A stretch of 64,000 nt of DNA from the NCBI GenBank assembly GCA_965200715.1, contig OZ241374.1, positions 709,697-773,696 on the forward strand, in the 5' to 3' direction. How positions within the stretch are numbered: position 1 is the stretch's first letter; every line of letters begins with the position of its first letter. This document shows positions 1 to 10,200 of the stretch, one piece after another. This stretch comes from Arenicellales bacterium. Its GTDB lineage: Bacteria; Pseudomonadota; Gammaproteobacteria; Arenicellales; Poriferihabitantaceae. A model generated the notes under the pieces. It was not told the DNA's origin, ran no database searches, and saw only the letters and a program-made list of their open reading frames with translations. The translations under genes were made by a program, and so were the position numbers.

Positions 1-458
1 GTTTCATTGGTTGTAATATGGAGATACTGAGTATTATCTTGAAGTTTGATTTCTTCGGTACTTGGCATTCTTGTGAAATTACAGGATTCACCATCCCAAG
101 CCACATAGATATCCCCATATTGCTTGGCGTCAGAAATCGCACCCTTAGCCCAGGAACCAGAGTTAACATAGGCGGCTTTGGAATTGGGCATGAGCAGATT
201 CATAGGTACCATCGAAAATTGCAGTATGGCCCCGCCCTGTAAGAACAATACGCTGAAATCATCAGGGACTTCAAATACTTCTCTGCAGAGTTTCTCAGCT
301 TGTTCGGCAACTTCCGTGAAGTGCTTGCCCCGGTGACTCATCTCAATCAGGGACATGCCAGAGTTTTGGTAGTTCACAAATTCCTGCTGGGCTTCCTCCA
401 AGCATTCCAGGGGTAGGGTGCAAGGACCTGCACTAAAGTTATGTGACCGTTTATTCAT
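1..458 (-). CDS. serC: Phosphoserine aminotransferase, 5' part (runs off the window start)
   Basis: Manual translation from ATG at 458: MNKRSHNFSAGPCTLPLECLEEAQQEFVNYQNSGMSLIEMSHRGKHF...LFLQGGA..QFSMVPMNL...SGSWAKGA...HITTNET, with the SerC NFSAGP, EMSHR and FLQGGA motifs. Absent from the ORF track because it has no stop in the window. Confidence 0.95.
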   Translation of the reverse strand, partial: MNKRSHNFSAGPCTLPLECLEEAQQEFVNYQNSGMSLIEMSHRGKHFTEVAEQAEKLCREVFEVPDDFSVLFLQGGAILQFSMVPMNLLMPNSKAAYVNSGSWAKGAISDAKQYGDIYVAWDGESCNFTRMPSTEEIKLQDNTQYLHITTNE

Positions 459-499
459 TCAGTTTGTTTTGGATTTTCTTGGTTTGGGTGAAATAGTCA

Positions 500-1459
500 T
501 CAATTTACTTGGTTGATTAGTTTTCCGTTGATATAGGCTTCTACAATAGCTAGAACGCCATCCGCAACGGCTATCTGAGCTTGTTCGGTTGATGCGCCAA
601 TGTGATGGGTGCCATACACAGAAGGATGGGCAAAGACTTGCGATTTGAAAGTGTTTTCGCTCGCACCTGGTTCATTATTGTAGACATCAAGTCCAGCTCG
701 GATACCTCGGCTATTCATGGCATCGACCAATGCTTCTTCATCAACCAAGTCTCCTCTTGACGTGTTGATCAGCATCGCACCCCGTTTCATTTTCGAGAGA
801 AACTCCCGATTTACCATGCGGCGGGTCGTTTCTGTCGCTGGCATGTGGAGTGTAACGATGTCGCTGGTTTTAAGCAGTTCATCCTGTGTATCAAGCTGGA
901 TAATCCCAGAAGAGGTGATGCGGTTTTCGGCGTCAGGAGACCGACCGGGTTTACTCAGCGCATAGACCCCCATTGCGAAACCTCGGGCTCTCTCAGCAAC
1001 AGCAAACCCAATCGCCCCCATACCTAATATGCCAAGCTTTTGCCCAGCGAGTCCTCGAGCGGTGGAATATTTCTTCTTGTTCCAGAGTCCTTGTTTTGCA
1101 TCCATAACATTGCTGGGGATCTGCCGATCAATCGATAAGATTAATCCCATAACTAACTCGGCAACTGCTCTGGAGTTTGCCCCTGGAACGTTGCATACAC
1201 TGATATCCAGTGATGATGCACATTCCTTGTCGATTGTATTGGTACCTGCGCCAGCACGAATTATCAGTTTTAGCTCTCTTGCCTGTTTTAGGGTATTTTC
1301 ATCAATTCTGGTACTTCGTACGATCAGAATTTCATTGGTTTGAATAGCCTGCGGCAGTGAACCGCCATCCAGTTCTGGTTTGATGGTTAATTCATGTCCT
1401 GCTCTAACTAGGGACTCGGAATGACTTGCAGGAAAGCTGTCAGCAATAAGAATTTTCAT
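500..1459 (-). CDS. serA: D-3-phosphoglycerate dehydrogenase, short form without ACT domain
   Basis: 2-hydroxyacid dehydrogenase motifs RAGAGTNTID, GILGMGAIG, INTSRG, LDVY and HIGAST; directly upstream of serC on the same strand. Confidence 0.8.
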   Translation of the reverse strand: MKILIADSFPASHSESLVRAGHELTIKPELDGGSLPQAIQTNEILIVRSTRIDENTLKQARELKLIIRAGAGTNTIDKECASSLDISVCNVPGANSRAVAELVMGLILSIDRQIPSNVMDAKQGLWNKKKYSTARGLAGQKLGILGMGAIGFAVAERARGFAMGVYALSKPGRSPDAENRITSSGIIQLDTQDELLKTSDIVTLHMPATETTRRMVNREFLSKMKRGAMLINTSRGDLVDEEALVDAMNSRGIRAGLDVYNNEPGASENTFKSQVFAHPSVYGTHHIGASTEQAQIAVADGVLAIVEAYINGKLINQVN

Positions 1460-1705
1460 ACGAATACTGAATAAGGACTTTTATGTGTGATTCTGGATAT
1501 TTTGAGTTTTCGAACCAAGGATCAAACTTTGCTCAAAACAACAGTCGATTTCGTAGGCGATGTAACTCGCGAATTTTAACAAAGAACGATACGGTATTTG
1601 ATCAGAAATATGAAAGAAATCCAAACTCCCAAAATAGGTATATTAAAATTCATCGCGTTGCGTCAAGGTATGCAAGTGAGTGAATTATCGATAACTGCTA
1701 TCAGG

Positions 1706-2827
1706 TTATAGATGTTCAGAAAGAATACCAAACATACGCCTTATCGGTTCAGCAGCTCCCCATAATAATTGATCTCCGACTGTGAAAACAGTCATCAATT
1801 TACTATTGAAAGAGGTTTTACGAATTCGGCCAACAGCGATCTCTAGAGAACCGCTGACTGCAACTGGAGTCAGAGATTGAAGTGTATTCTGTTTGTTATT
1901 TGGAATAACTTTCACCCACTGGTTAGCCTGTCCAATGATTTCAGTGAGTTCATCTGACCCAATGTCTTTCGATAATGCAATGGTAAATGCTTGGCTGTGG
2001 CAACGGAGTGTGCCTACTCTCACACAGGTGCTTTCAACAGGAATTGGGTTACTTTGCTTCCCTAAAATTTTGTTGGTTTCCGCGTGACCTTTCCATTCTT
2101 CGCGACCGGTTCCATTTTCAAGGTCTATGTCAATCCAGGGTAGAAGGTTGTTCGCTAGCGGATAACCAATGGTGCTTATGGTTAATGAATTTGTATTCAG
2201 TTGCTGGTTGATTCGGTTTTCTATGTCAAGAATCGAGCTATCTTGCAAGCGGAGCAGAGGGGAGGCATGCTGGTGAATTTCGCCCATTTGCACGAGTAGC
2301 TCGCGCATCTGTTGTGCTCCTCCACCAGAAATCGCTTGATAAGTCATTGCAGTGATCCAATCAACGAGATTTTCTTCGAATAGACCATGAAGAGCCATTA
2401 GCATCAGACTAACAGTGCAATTTCCTCCAATAAAATCTAGTTTTCCATCATGTAGACTTTGCTCAATAATGGAACGGTTTAGTGGATCCAAAACAATCGT
2501 CGAGTTTTCGTTCATGCGTAATGTGGATGCGGCATCTAGCCAATATCCCTGCCAACCCATATCACGAAGTGGAGTATGTATTTTTTGCGTGTAGTCTCCC
2601 CCCTGACAGCTGATGATGACATCCTGAGTGCTTAGGGATTCGAGATCCATAGCATCGGCCAAATGTGGCTGTGCGTTTGCGATTTTGGGACCACGAAGAC
2701 CTGCCTGTGAAGTTGAATACAACACTAGTTTCTCGACATAGTTCAAGTCTCCTTCTTTCTGCATGCGATCGAGAAGAACGGAACCAACCATGCCTCGCCA
2801 TCCAACAAAGCCTACGCGTCTAATCAT
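1706..2827 (-). CDS. asd: Aspartate-semialdehyde dehydrogenase (gammaproteobacterial type)
   Basis: VGFVGWRGMVGSVL, SCQGGDYT, GGNCTVSLMLM, CVRVGTLRCHSQA, VGDQLLWGAAEP. Confidence 0.97.
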   Translation of the reverse strand: MIRRVGFVGWRGMVGSVLLDRMQKEGDLNYVEKLVLYSTSQAGLRGPKIANAQPHLADAMDLESLSTQDVIISCQGGDYTQKIHTPLRDMGWQGYWLDAASTLRMNENSTIVLDPLNRSIIEQSLHDGKLDFIGGNCTVSLMLMALHGLFEENLVDWITAMTYQAISGGGAQQMRELLVQMGEIHQHASPLLRLQDSSILDIENRINQQLNTNSLTISTIGYPLANNLLPWIDIDLENGTGREEWKGHAETNKILGKQSNPIPVESTCVRVGTLRCHSQAFTIALSKDIGSDELTEIIGQANQWVKVIPNNKQNTLQSLTPVAVSGSLEIAVGRIRKTSFNSKLMTVFTVGDQLLWGAAEPIRRMFGILSEHL

Positions 2828-2989
2828 TGTTCAGGTGTTTGAAAATAAAATTGGGAGTAGAGTAGCACTTTCATATTTCGAATCTACTCACTCAAAAATA
2901 AAATAATTCGTTTCTGATATCCAGAAATTTGCAGATCGTAAACCCAGAAACACGAATTTCAGGGTATTGTATATACACACTCGAACAAT

Positions 2990-3212
2990 TCAATACTTGC
3001 GGTGTTTCCCTCAGATATTATGGATATAAATTTTGTCGATTTTCAATCGAGACGACGATCCAGTACATTCTGTTAGCTTTAAAAATGACTAGCGAGGCGT
3101 AGCCCCAGACCGACAAGTCATGTCTTGATCTAATCTCGGATAGTGCTCCGGTGGAATTTTCAGCAATCGCAAGGAAGTTGTCATAACCGTAAACACGGTG
3201 GCGGGTTATCAT
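2990..3212 (-). pseudogene. Possible decayed HigB/RelE-like toxin
   Basis: Stitching two frames gives MITR..F...ENSTGALSE...VIF..N.Y.IVVSIENRQ / KIYIHNI*GKHRKY, which resembles the HigB C-terminus (KIYIRxIxTHxEY). Confidence 0.3.
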
Positions 3213-3224
3213 TACTCAAATAAA

Positions 3225-3412
3225 TTCAATCCAACCGAACCAAGACTGCCGTTCGCAGATGATGGATGGTCTGTCGTTTCATGATGATCATACCCGTAGA
3301 TATACCGTGAAGGGGCAACGGGTGGTGGCTTTGGGGTTGAGTACCATGAGCGGATGCTATCCTTTGGATCAGGAGATATCGATCAGCAGTAAGGGACAGC
3401 AGATGGGATAGT
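3225..3412 (+). mobile_element. Internal relic of the IS4-superfamily transposase at 4861-6384
   Basis: Translates as MDGLSFHDDHTRRYTVKGQRVVALGLSTMSGCYPLDQEISISSKGQQ, versus MDGVSFHYDHTLGRTVKGHQVVALGLSTESGYYPLDQEISISSKGQQ in the intact copy; opposite orientation. Confidence 0.9.
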
Positions 3413-3433
3413 GCTGGAGATAATATATCTCGA

Positions 3434-4696
3434 CTATCTCGCTTGATCAATGAGGTAAGTCCGAAAAGAAGGAATCGGACACTCGAAGTGGTCATTCCCC
3501 ATATCCTGTAATGCGCCTTGGCGCAATAAGTGATCGAAGAATGAATCAGCTTTCATCGAGGGTGGAAAACAATAGGTGTCGACATCCGACGCATGCAATA
3601 CTTTCATTAATTTCTTGATTTCGGCACGACCGGGATTGCGCTCTAGATCAGTCATCACAGCAATAGTGATATTCTTGGCATCTCGCATTTTGTCCGAATA
3701 CTGATCCATATAGTAACCATCTCTTCGGTATTCAGCTTCTGTATGTATGTTGTCCCACTCCACTCTACTCAGATTTCCATCGACACGTAGAGCCTCAACA
3801 CCCAATGCTTGCAAGGAGTGATGTAGATGTCTCGGCCAACCATCGCAATTTTGTACTAACCTGTCCATTTCCAGATTATCAGCATCTGAAAAATTGATTC
3901 CAAAACAGGCGCAGGACTTGGGCATCAATTTTGCAGTCTCCTCATTCGTAAAACACTTTATACTGTGCTGTTGATTTGGAGAGATACGCATAAGGCCCAT
4001 GTCTGCGATTCAGGACTTGGTGTTGCCAAGTCCTGCTAGCACTAGAGTGATCGGCAACCCGGCTTCGCCATCATGCAATGATCGAAGGAAAATCCAATGC
4101 GGAGAATTTCTATCAGCAGGTAAATTCTGTGCTTCGTCAATCGCTAGTAAGATCGGTCGTTCCCATTTGTTACTTGGCATCTTGCGGATGAGGGCACCGA
4201 TTCCTTCGATTTTTTTGTGTCCAATATCCAAGCTTGTACCTGCAACACTGACCGACTGGATATCTTGCTTGCTTTTTGTCCAAACATTTCTAGTAGCTTC
4301 GATCCACTCGTTCTGCTTTGCCCTTCCGGCATGAAATAGTCAGTCGAGGACGATGGATATATCCTCCTCCAACAAACTACTGTTCACCAACACCACGCGG
4401 GCAGCAAAGTTAGTATGAGTTTGTGCAAGAGACCTATTCAGAAGTTTTAACAAAATTGAACTCTTTCCAGCGCCCGGTGCGCCATGGATGATCCGGGTAG
4501 ATTTGGCTATACCGTTTTCACTTATTCCGGTACCTTGCCAAACCTGATCCGTTGCATGGACAAGATCATCTAGTACTTCTTTCCTTCCAACAAACACTGG
4601 CGGTGGAGCTCCTTCTGTTTGTCTTATGAAAGATTCTAGACGTGTTTTCTGTTCAATGTTCATCACCTGTCTCTGGCTCTGATCATATCTAGCCAA
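3434..4696 (-). pseudogene. P-loop AAA ATPase (AAA_16/archaeal-ATPase-like) interrupted by two in-frame TGA codons
   Basis: ORFs 4340-4696, 4010-4231 and 3434-4000 share one frame. Motifs: PPVFVGR, Walker A GAPGAGKSS, Walker B LAIDEAQ, C-terminal CPIPSFRTYL. TGA at 4340-4342 and 4010-4012. Homologous to 56695-57900. Confidence 0.85.
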
Positions 4697-4830
4697 AAGA
4701 TAGAATGATCAAATTGAGCAAGATGTCCAAATTCAAAATTTTGAATTCGGCATCCCTAAGGGTATTCTGAATTCGTATGCGATCTACCAAGCAATGTTTT
4801 TTCATATAAGTCCAATTTTCGAAATTATAC

Positions 4831-6505
4831 CTCAAGTTTCGGAGTTCAAATTGCATGATTTCAATCAGGCGGTTCCTGTATAGGAAGGTGTTCTTGATCG
4901 ATGATGTGCGGTTCGAATTGCAACATTTGTGTAAGAAATTCTTCCATTTGCTGGTCTATCGCCTGCTGGATAAGAGACGTTTGAGTGCCGAGTACGGACT
5001 CAAACCGATCAATTGCCTGATGGATAATGGCTTGAAACATCTGCCATAGTTCACGTGCATAGTTGAATTTCATCACGGTATTGCGTAGGTGTTCGCGTAC
5101 ATCCCCTAGACTCTTCATCTCATAACTCGAGCGGGCATACACCAGCATCAGATAACAGGCCGAGCTCAAATGCAATGAAGCCAGATGAGCAGCATAGGTG
5201 CGACTGGCTTCGCCCAGCCACTTCAGATGTTGCTTGGATTCCTTGAAGTACACCTCAATGGCCCAGCGCATGGCGTAGACTTCCAGCATCTGTGCTGCAC
5301 TCATCTGATGATCGGTGCTGAGAAACAGCGCCCAGTCGCGCTTGCCCGGAGTCTGGTTGGTATCGAGATTGACCCCCCGAACATACAGTAACTTGACGCG
5401 TTGCCAACGATCCGGTTCCGATCGGTCTTGCGCCAGGTTCACTTCCACCACCACTTCACAGGTTCGCCACTTGCTACCGGGCACAATGCTCGATTTCGAC
5501 CAGTTGCCACGCACCAGTTGCTGATAAATCTGGTTGGCGTTCAGCATCCGATAGGATCCATCATCCTGCATCACCCGAAACTGCAGCGGGCCATTCTTCA
5601 TGCGGTATAAACCGGTTAGGCCCGCATCGATCGCAATCCTCATCATCGCTTTCGTCCCATACCAGGAATCGGCTAACAGATAACTCGCCGGAATCCCAGA
5701 TTTGATGAAACGTTGAACCATCTTCCCAACCAGCTCAATTTTGCTGAAGATCTTGGCCTCACGATAGCGTCTCATTACCAAGCTTCGACGATCCGGTTCA
5801 GCACCCCCCTTACTCTGCTGCCCCTTGCTACTGATCGATATCTCCTGATCCAGAGGATAGTATCCGCTCTCGGTACTCAGCCCCAAAGCCACGACCTGAT
5901 GACCCTTCACCGTACGTCCAAGGGTATGGTCATAATGAAACGACACACCATCCATCTTCTTCGAGCGACGTTGCTTGATCGAATCATCGACCACCAGAGC
6001 ACGTATCCCTTGCTCTGACTGACCCAGACAGGCCTTCGCTAGCGACCATTGCCAGCCTCGCCAATTCATCTTCGGATGGTTCAATAAATCGTAAATCGTG
6101 CTATGGTGCATCGCGTAAAAGTGCTGTAGCGACTGATGGCAGAACAACCGGATGCTGCGGGAATTCATCCAGCGCCACAGCATCTGGATATACACCATGG
6201 TGATGGCCGAGTGTCCACATCGCTTGATGATGCCGGCGCGGGACAGTAAGCGGGGAATCTTCAATTCTTTCCAGAGTGTCATGAGCAGGTTGTCAATCGG
6301 GTAATTGTTATCGTCGATCATCGGCTCAATCAGTTTTGGCAATGACTCGGATTTGGCTTTATAATGCATGGTGAAGGCCTCCATTGGTGGAAATATAATG
6401 ATATGTCCGTGTAAAACATATATTATACCCGATAAGAGGCCTTTTTTATACTTATTTCAATAGTTTATTTGATTATTTCGGCAAAATTTAAGTCCGAAAC
6501 ATGAG
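4831..6505 (-). mobile_element. Complete insertion sequence, IS4 superfamily (about 1675 bp)
   Basis: Imperfect terminal IRs CTCAAGTTTCGGAGTTCAAATT (from 4831) and CTCATGTTTCGGACTTAAATTT (reverse strand from 6505); flanking direct repeat TTATAC at 4825-4830 and 6506-6511. Confidence 0.85.
4861..6384 (-). CDS. DDE transposase, IS4 superfamily (IS4/IS701/IS1634-like; subgroup not assigned)
   Basis: VVDDS, LLADSWY and the YREK signature Y-AM-R-WAI-E-VYFKES-K; uninterrupted 507 aa. Confidence 0.92.
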   Translation of the reverse strand: MEAFTMHYKAKSESLPKLIEPMIDDNNYPIDNLLMTLWKELKIPRLLSRAGIIKRCGHSAITMVYIQMLWRWMNSRSIRLFCHQSLQHFYAMHHSTIYDLLNHPKMNWRGWQWSLAKACLGQSEQGIRALVVDDSIKQRRSKKMDGVSFHYDHTLGRTVKGHQVVALGLSTESGYYPLDQEISISSKGQQSKGGAEPDRRSLVMRRYREAKIFSKIELVGKMVQRFIKSGIPASYLLADSWYGTKAMMRIAIDAGLTGLYRMKNGPLQFRVMQDDGSYRMLNANQIYQQLVRGNWSKSSIVPGSKWRTCEVVVEVNLAQDRSEPDRWQRVKLLYVRGVNLDTNQTPGKRDWALFLSTDHQMSAAQMLEVYAMRWAIEVYFKESKQHLKWLGEASRTYAAHLASLHLSSACYLMLVYARSSYEMKSLGDVREHLRNTVMKFNYARELWQMFQAIIHQAIDRFESVLGTQTSLIQQAIDQQMEEFLTQMLQFEPHIIDQEHLPIQEPPD

Positions 6506-6915
6506 TTATACAAGAGAATTTGAGAAGGCGATTCCGGAGGGGCTTGCCCACCAGATTCTATTTTTGCTGCTATGGTCTATGTTTCTACCATAGCAAGAGC
6601 GGCGAAATTGTTTTTTGGTTTTTAACTCTAGGAAAAAATCAGGAAAATAGTTTCTTCCGTGAAGAGATGATTTATGGTGTGTAAATAGGTTAATGCGAAT
6701 AGAACAGTTTTCTGGCCCAAAAAAAGATGTCTTAGAGTCAACGCACTGGCGAGTTGCTGAAAGATTGGTCAGGCGGGATCTGCTTCTATAAACCGGTCTA
6801 AAGCAGAATTTTTGTTTTGGTAGGATTGAGCAAATTGCAAATTACCACAAACTGTTTTCTCAAAAACTAGGAATGCACTAAGAAATCTTTAGTCATTGTG
6901 AGCGAGCTAGAGTCA

Positions 6916-6992
6916 TGGCGGGCCCGGAGGGATTCGAACCCCCGACCACCTGGTTCGAAGCCAGATACTCTATCCAACTGAGCTACGGGCCC
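6916..6992 (-). tRNA. tRNA-Arg (anticodon TCG)
   Basis: Cloverleaf GGGCCCG-TA-GCTC-AGTTGGATA-GAGT-A-TCTGG-CTTCGAA-CCAGG-TGGTC-GGGGG-TTCGAAT-CCCTC-CGGGCCC-G-CCA, 77 nt; Arg identity elements A20 and G73; CCA encoded. Confidence 0.96.
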
Positions 6993-7023
6993 GCAACCAG
7001 ATTATAAACCAGCTGAAGTTGGT

Positions 7024-8457
7024 TCACTCAAGTAGATTGCGTAATATTTGGTTAACCTGTTTTGGGTCAGCTTTACCGTCTGCGGCTTTCATCACCTGAC
7101 CCATGAGAAATCCAAACACTTTTTGATTCCCCTCTCGATATTGCTGGACTTGAGAGGAATTTGCGTCAAGTACTCCTCCAACCAATCGTTCGATTTCACT
7201 GCCATCTGTGATTTGCTTGAACCCCTTTTTCTCAATAATGACATCAACATCGGATTTGTCATTGGCCAGATGCACCAGCACTTCCTTCGCCATTTTTCCA
7301 GATAGAGTCTTATCGGCTATACGATCCAATAGAGTAGCAAATCGATCACTGTCAACTGGGGAGTCGGCAATTGCAGTATTTCGCTCATTCAGCAGAGCCG
7401 CCAATTCTCCATTGATCCAGTTCGCTATGGTCTTCGGGTCACTTTTCGAATGTTCATTTACCCGTTCAAAAAAATCTGCAGTATCCCGATCCCGAAGAAG
7501 CTTCTCGGAATCGAATGAGGATAGAGAGAATTCCTGTTCATATCTTGATTTTCGGTGATCCGGAAACTCAGGTAATGAAGCTCGAATCTCTTCAATGAAT
7601 TCATCATCCAGAATCATCTCAGGTAAGTCTGGATCCGGGAAATATCGATAGTCTTGAGCATCTTCCTTGCTCCGCATTGCGCGTGTCTCATTGTGCTCAG
7701 AGTCATATAAGCGGGTCTCCTGAACGACTACTCCACCATCTTCTAGAATATCAATTTGCCGTTCAATCTCCAATTGTATGGCCTTTTCTACAAATCGAAA
7801 CGAATTGATATTTTTCAACTCAGTGCGTGTTCCATATTCTTGAGAGCCTTTGGGTCGCACAGATACATTCGCATCACATCGGAATGAACCCTCCTGCATA
7901 TTTCCATCCGAAACATCAAAATATCGGACCAATGCATGTAGTTTTTTCAAATATATGACGGCTTCTTCGGCTGAGCGCATATCTGGCTCGGAAACGATTT
8001 CAAGGAGTGGTGTACCGGCACGATTTAAATCAATTCCAGTCATCCCTTGAAAATTTTCATGTACTGATTTTCCTGCATCCTCTTCTAGGTGCGCCCGAGT
8101 AATTCCGATTACTTTCTCACCTGTCTCAGTTTCGATTTTTAGGTTTCCGCCACTCACAATCGGATGCTTGTATTGGCTGATCTGATAGCCCTTCGGTAAA
8201 TCTGGATAAAAGTAATTCTTTCTCTCAAAAACAGAGCGCTTCTCGACCTTGGCTCCGATGGCTAGTCCAAAACGTACTGCTAGTTTGGCGGCTTCAAGAT
8301 TCATAACTGGAAGAACGCCAGGTAAGGCGATACTCACCGCACAAGCCTGACGATTTGCTTCGGCACCATAAGTGATCGACGCTCCGCTGAACAACTTACT
8401 GTTGGTCATCAGCTGGACATGAACTTCAAGCCCGATTACTGGTTCCCACTGTGTCAT
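7024..8457 (-). CDS. gatB: Asp/Glu-tRNA amidotransferase subunit B
   Basis: [59 protein letters not shown]. Start set at ATG 8457, which overlaps the gatA stop. Confidence 0.98.
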   Translation of the reverse strand: MTQWEPVIGLEVHVQLMTNSKLFSGASITYGAEANRQACAVSIALPGVLPVMNLEAAKLAVRFGLAIGAKVEKRSVFERKNYFYPDLPKGYQISQYKHPIVSGGNLKIETETGEKVIGITRAHLEEDAGKSVHENFQGMTGIDLNRAGTPLLEIVSEPDMRSAEEAVIYLKKLHALVRYFDVSDGNMQEGSFRCDANVSVRPKGSQEYGTRTELKNINSFRFVEKAIQLEIERQIDILEDGGVVVQETRLYDSEHNETRAMRSKEDAQDYRYFPDPDLPEMILDDEFIEEIRASLPEFPDHRKSRYEQEFSLSSFDSEKLLRDRDTADFFERVNEHSKSDPKTIANWINGELAALLNERNTAIADSPVDSDRFATLLDRIADKTLSGKMAKEVLVHLANDKSDVDVIIEKKGFKQITDGSEIERLVGGVLDANSSQVQQYREGNQKVFGFLMGQVMKAADGKADPKQVNQILRNLLE

Positions 8458-9908
8458 GTGTATCCTGTAGGAATACGTTGATGCCAATCCGTATTTAATT
8501 GATACTGATGAGCAACATTGAGAATGGTAGCTTCATCCAGGTATCTTCCGATCAAATGCAAGCCAATCGGCAGACCCTGCGCGTCAAAACCGGAGGGAAT
8601 AGACATTGCCGGAAGTCCGGCCAGATTGGCCGAGTTGGTGAAGATATCATTCAAATACATTTGTACTGGGTCATTGGTTTTCAGGCCGATTGGAAAAGCA
8701 GTTGTTGGAGTAGTGGGGCCGACGATGAGATCACATTTTTTGAAAGCTCTGGAGAAATCATCAGCAATCAAACGGCGAAGTTTTTGTGCTTTGATATAGT
8801 AGGCCTCAAAATATCCGACAGACAAAACATAAGCACCTATCAATAATCGACGTTTCACTTCGGGGCCGAATCCTTCGGTTCGGGTTGCTTCATACATTTC
8901 ATTGATATCGGTGTATTCGGATGCCCGATGTCCATAACGAACGCCATCAAAGCGAGAGAGGTTGGAAGACGCTTCGGCAGGCGCTAGCACATAGTAACAG
9001 GGAATACCTGCAGCACTGTTGGGGAGATCAATATCAATCGTTTTCGCACCCAATTTTTCAAGTAGAGTGATCGAATCAAGGGTGGCTTGAATGACTTCTT
9101 TATCTACCCCATCAGAAAAAAACTCTTTCGGTAAACCGATTACCTTTCCAGATATAGATTCCGAAAGCCCGTCGATGTAATCAGGCACTGGTTGATTGAT
9201 AGAGGTGGAGTCCTTCTCGTCGAAACCACTCATTGCTTGAAGTATGTATGAACAGTCTTCCGCTGTCAGAGCCATAACACCACCTTGATCCAGTGAAGAA
9301 GCAAAGGCAACCATTCCATATCGGGATACCCTGCCATAGCTAGGTTTGATCCCGCTTAATCCGCATAATGCTGCCGGCTGCCGGATTGACCCACCAGTAT
9401 CTGTACCTGTTGCAACTGGTGTAATCCTGGCAGCAACGACTGCGGCAGACCCCCCTGAACTACCTCCTGGTACCCTCTCATGATTCCATGGATTAAGGGT
9501 GGGACCATAGTAGCTGTTCTCGGTTGACGATCCCATAGCAAATTCATCCATGTTTACCTTTCCTAGCATAACCATTCCAGACTGTTGCAGCTTTCCAACC
9601 AAAGTCGCATCATACGGTGAGATGAAATTATCCAAAATGCGGGACCCACATGTTGTACGAACTCCCTTGGTGCAGAACAGATCTTTATGCACTAGGGGGA
9701 TGCCAGTAAGGGGGCCTCCCTCGCCTTTACCAATCAATTTGTCCGCTTGTCTCGCTTGTTTCAGTGCTTGTTCAGAAGTTAGAGTGATGAATGCATTTAG
9801 GTTCGCACAGGATTGCGATTTCTCAAGTAGCGCATGAGTCAGTTCAACGCTTGAGTAGTCTTTCTCCTTTAGAGCTTGCGCATGCTCTAAAACAGTTCGG
9901 CATTCCAT
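8454..9908 (-). CDS. gatA: Asp/Glu-tRNA amidotransferase subunit A
   Basis: Amidase signature [32 protein letters not shown]; lies between gatC and gatB. Confidence 0.98.
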   Translation of the reverse strand: MECRTVLEHAQALKEKDYSSVELTHALLEKSQSCANLNAFITLTSEQALKQARQADKLIGKGEGGPLTGIPLVHKDLFCTKGVRTTCGSRILDNFISPYDATLVGKLQQSGMVMLGKVNMDEFAMGSSTENSYYGPTLNPWNHERVPGGSSGGSAAVVAARITPVATGTDTGGSIRQPAALCGLSGIKPSYGRVSRYGMVAFASSLDQGGVMALTAEDCSYILQAMSGFDEKDSTSINQPVPDYIDGLSESISGKVIGLPKEFFSDGVDKEVIQATLDSITLLEKLGAKTIDIDLPNSAAGIPCYYVLAPAEASSNLSRFDGVRYGHRASEYTDINEMYEATRTEGFGPEVKRRLLIGAYVLSVGYFEAYYIKAQKLRRLIADDFSRAFKKCDLIVGPTTPTTAFPIGLKTNDPVQMYLNDIFTNSANLAGLPAMSIPSGFDAQGLPIGLHLIGRYLDEATILNVAHQYQLNTDWHQRIPTGYT

Positions 9909-9912
9909 CCTT

Positions 9913-10200
9913 TTATTCGACTACTCGTGGGACGAGATAAAGTCCTGAATTGGTGACAGGTGCTTCAGATTGGAACTCCTCATGACGATCTTGTTCGGTA
10001 ACGGTATCTGTTCGCAACCGAAGCCTCATGTCCTGAGGATGGGACATGGGTTCAATATAATCTGTATCAACCTGATTCATCTGTTCAACCAAACAGATGA
10101 TGTCGTTAAGTTGTTCTGAAAAATCATCTGCTTCGCTTTCCGTGAACTGAAGGCGAACTAGTCTAGCAAGTTGCTGGATTTGATCGGGGTTTAGTGACAT
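9913..10200 (-). CDS. gatC: Asp/Glu-tRNA amidotransferase subunit C
   Basis: 95 aa, LARLVRL...VDT..IEPMSHP..LRLRTD...LYLVPRVVE; operon position. Confidence 0.96.
   Translation of the reverse strand: MSLNPDQIQQLARLVRLQFTESEADDFSEQLNDIICLVEQMNQVDTDYIEPMSHPQDMRLRLRTDTVTEQDRHEEFQSEAPVTNSGLYLVPRVVE

Noticed and set aside
4010-4342. Selenocysteine at the two TGA codons
   Set aside because: Neither is in a redox or metal-binding motif, the protein is a P-loop ATPase, and I saw no convincing SECIS-like hairpin immediately downstream.
6512-6915. Possible ORF or ncRNA between the IS and the tRNA (hairpin GCTATGGT/ACCATAGC)
   Set aside because: Only short ORFs and one isolated hairpin, with no recognisable family.
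2830-6992. tRNA-anchored integrative element (the accessory region lies 3' of tRNA-Arg)
   Set aside because: No duplicated tRNA 3' end (attR) was found toward asd and there is no integrase; IS activity explains the region.
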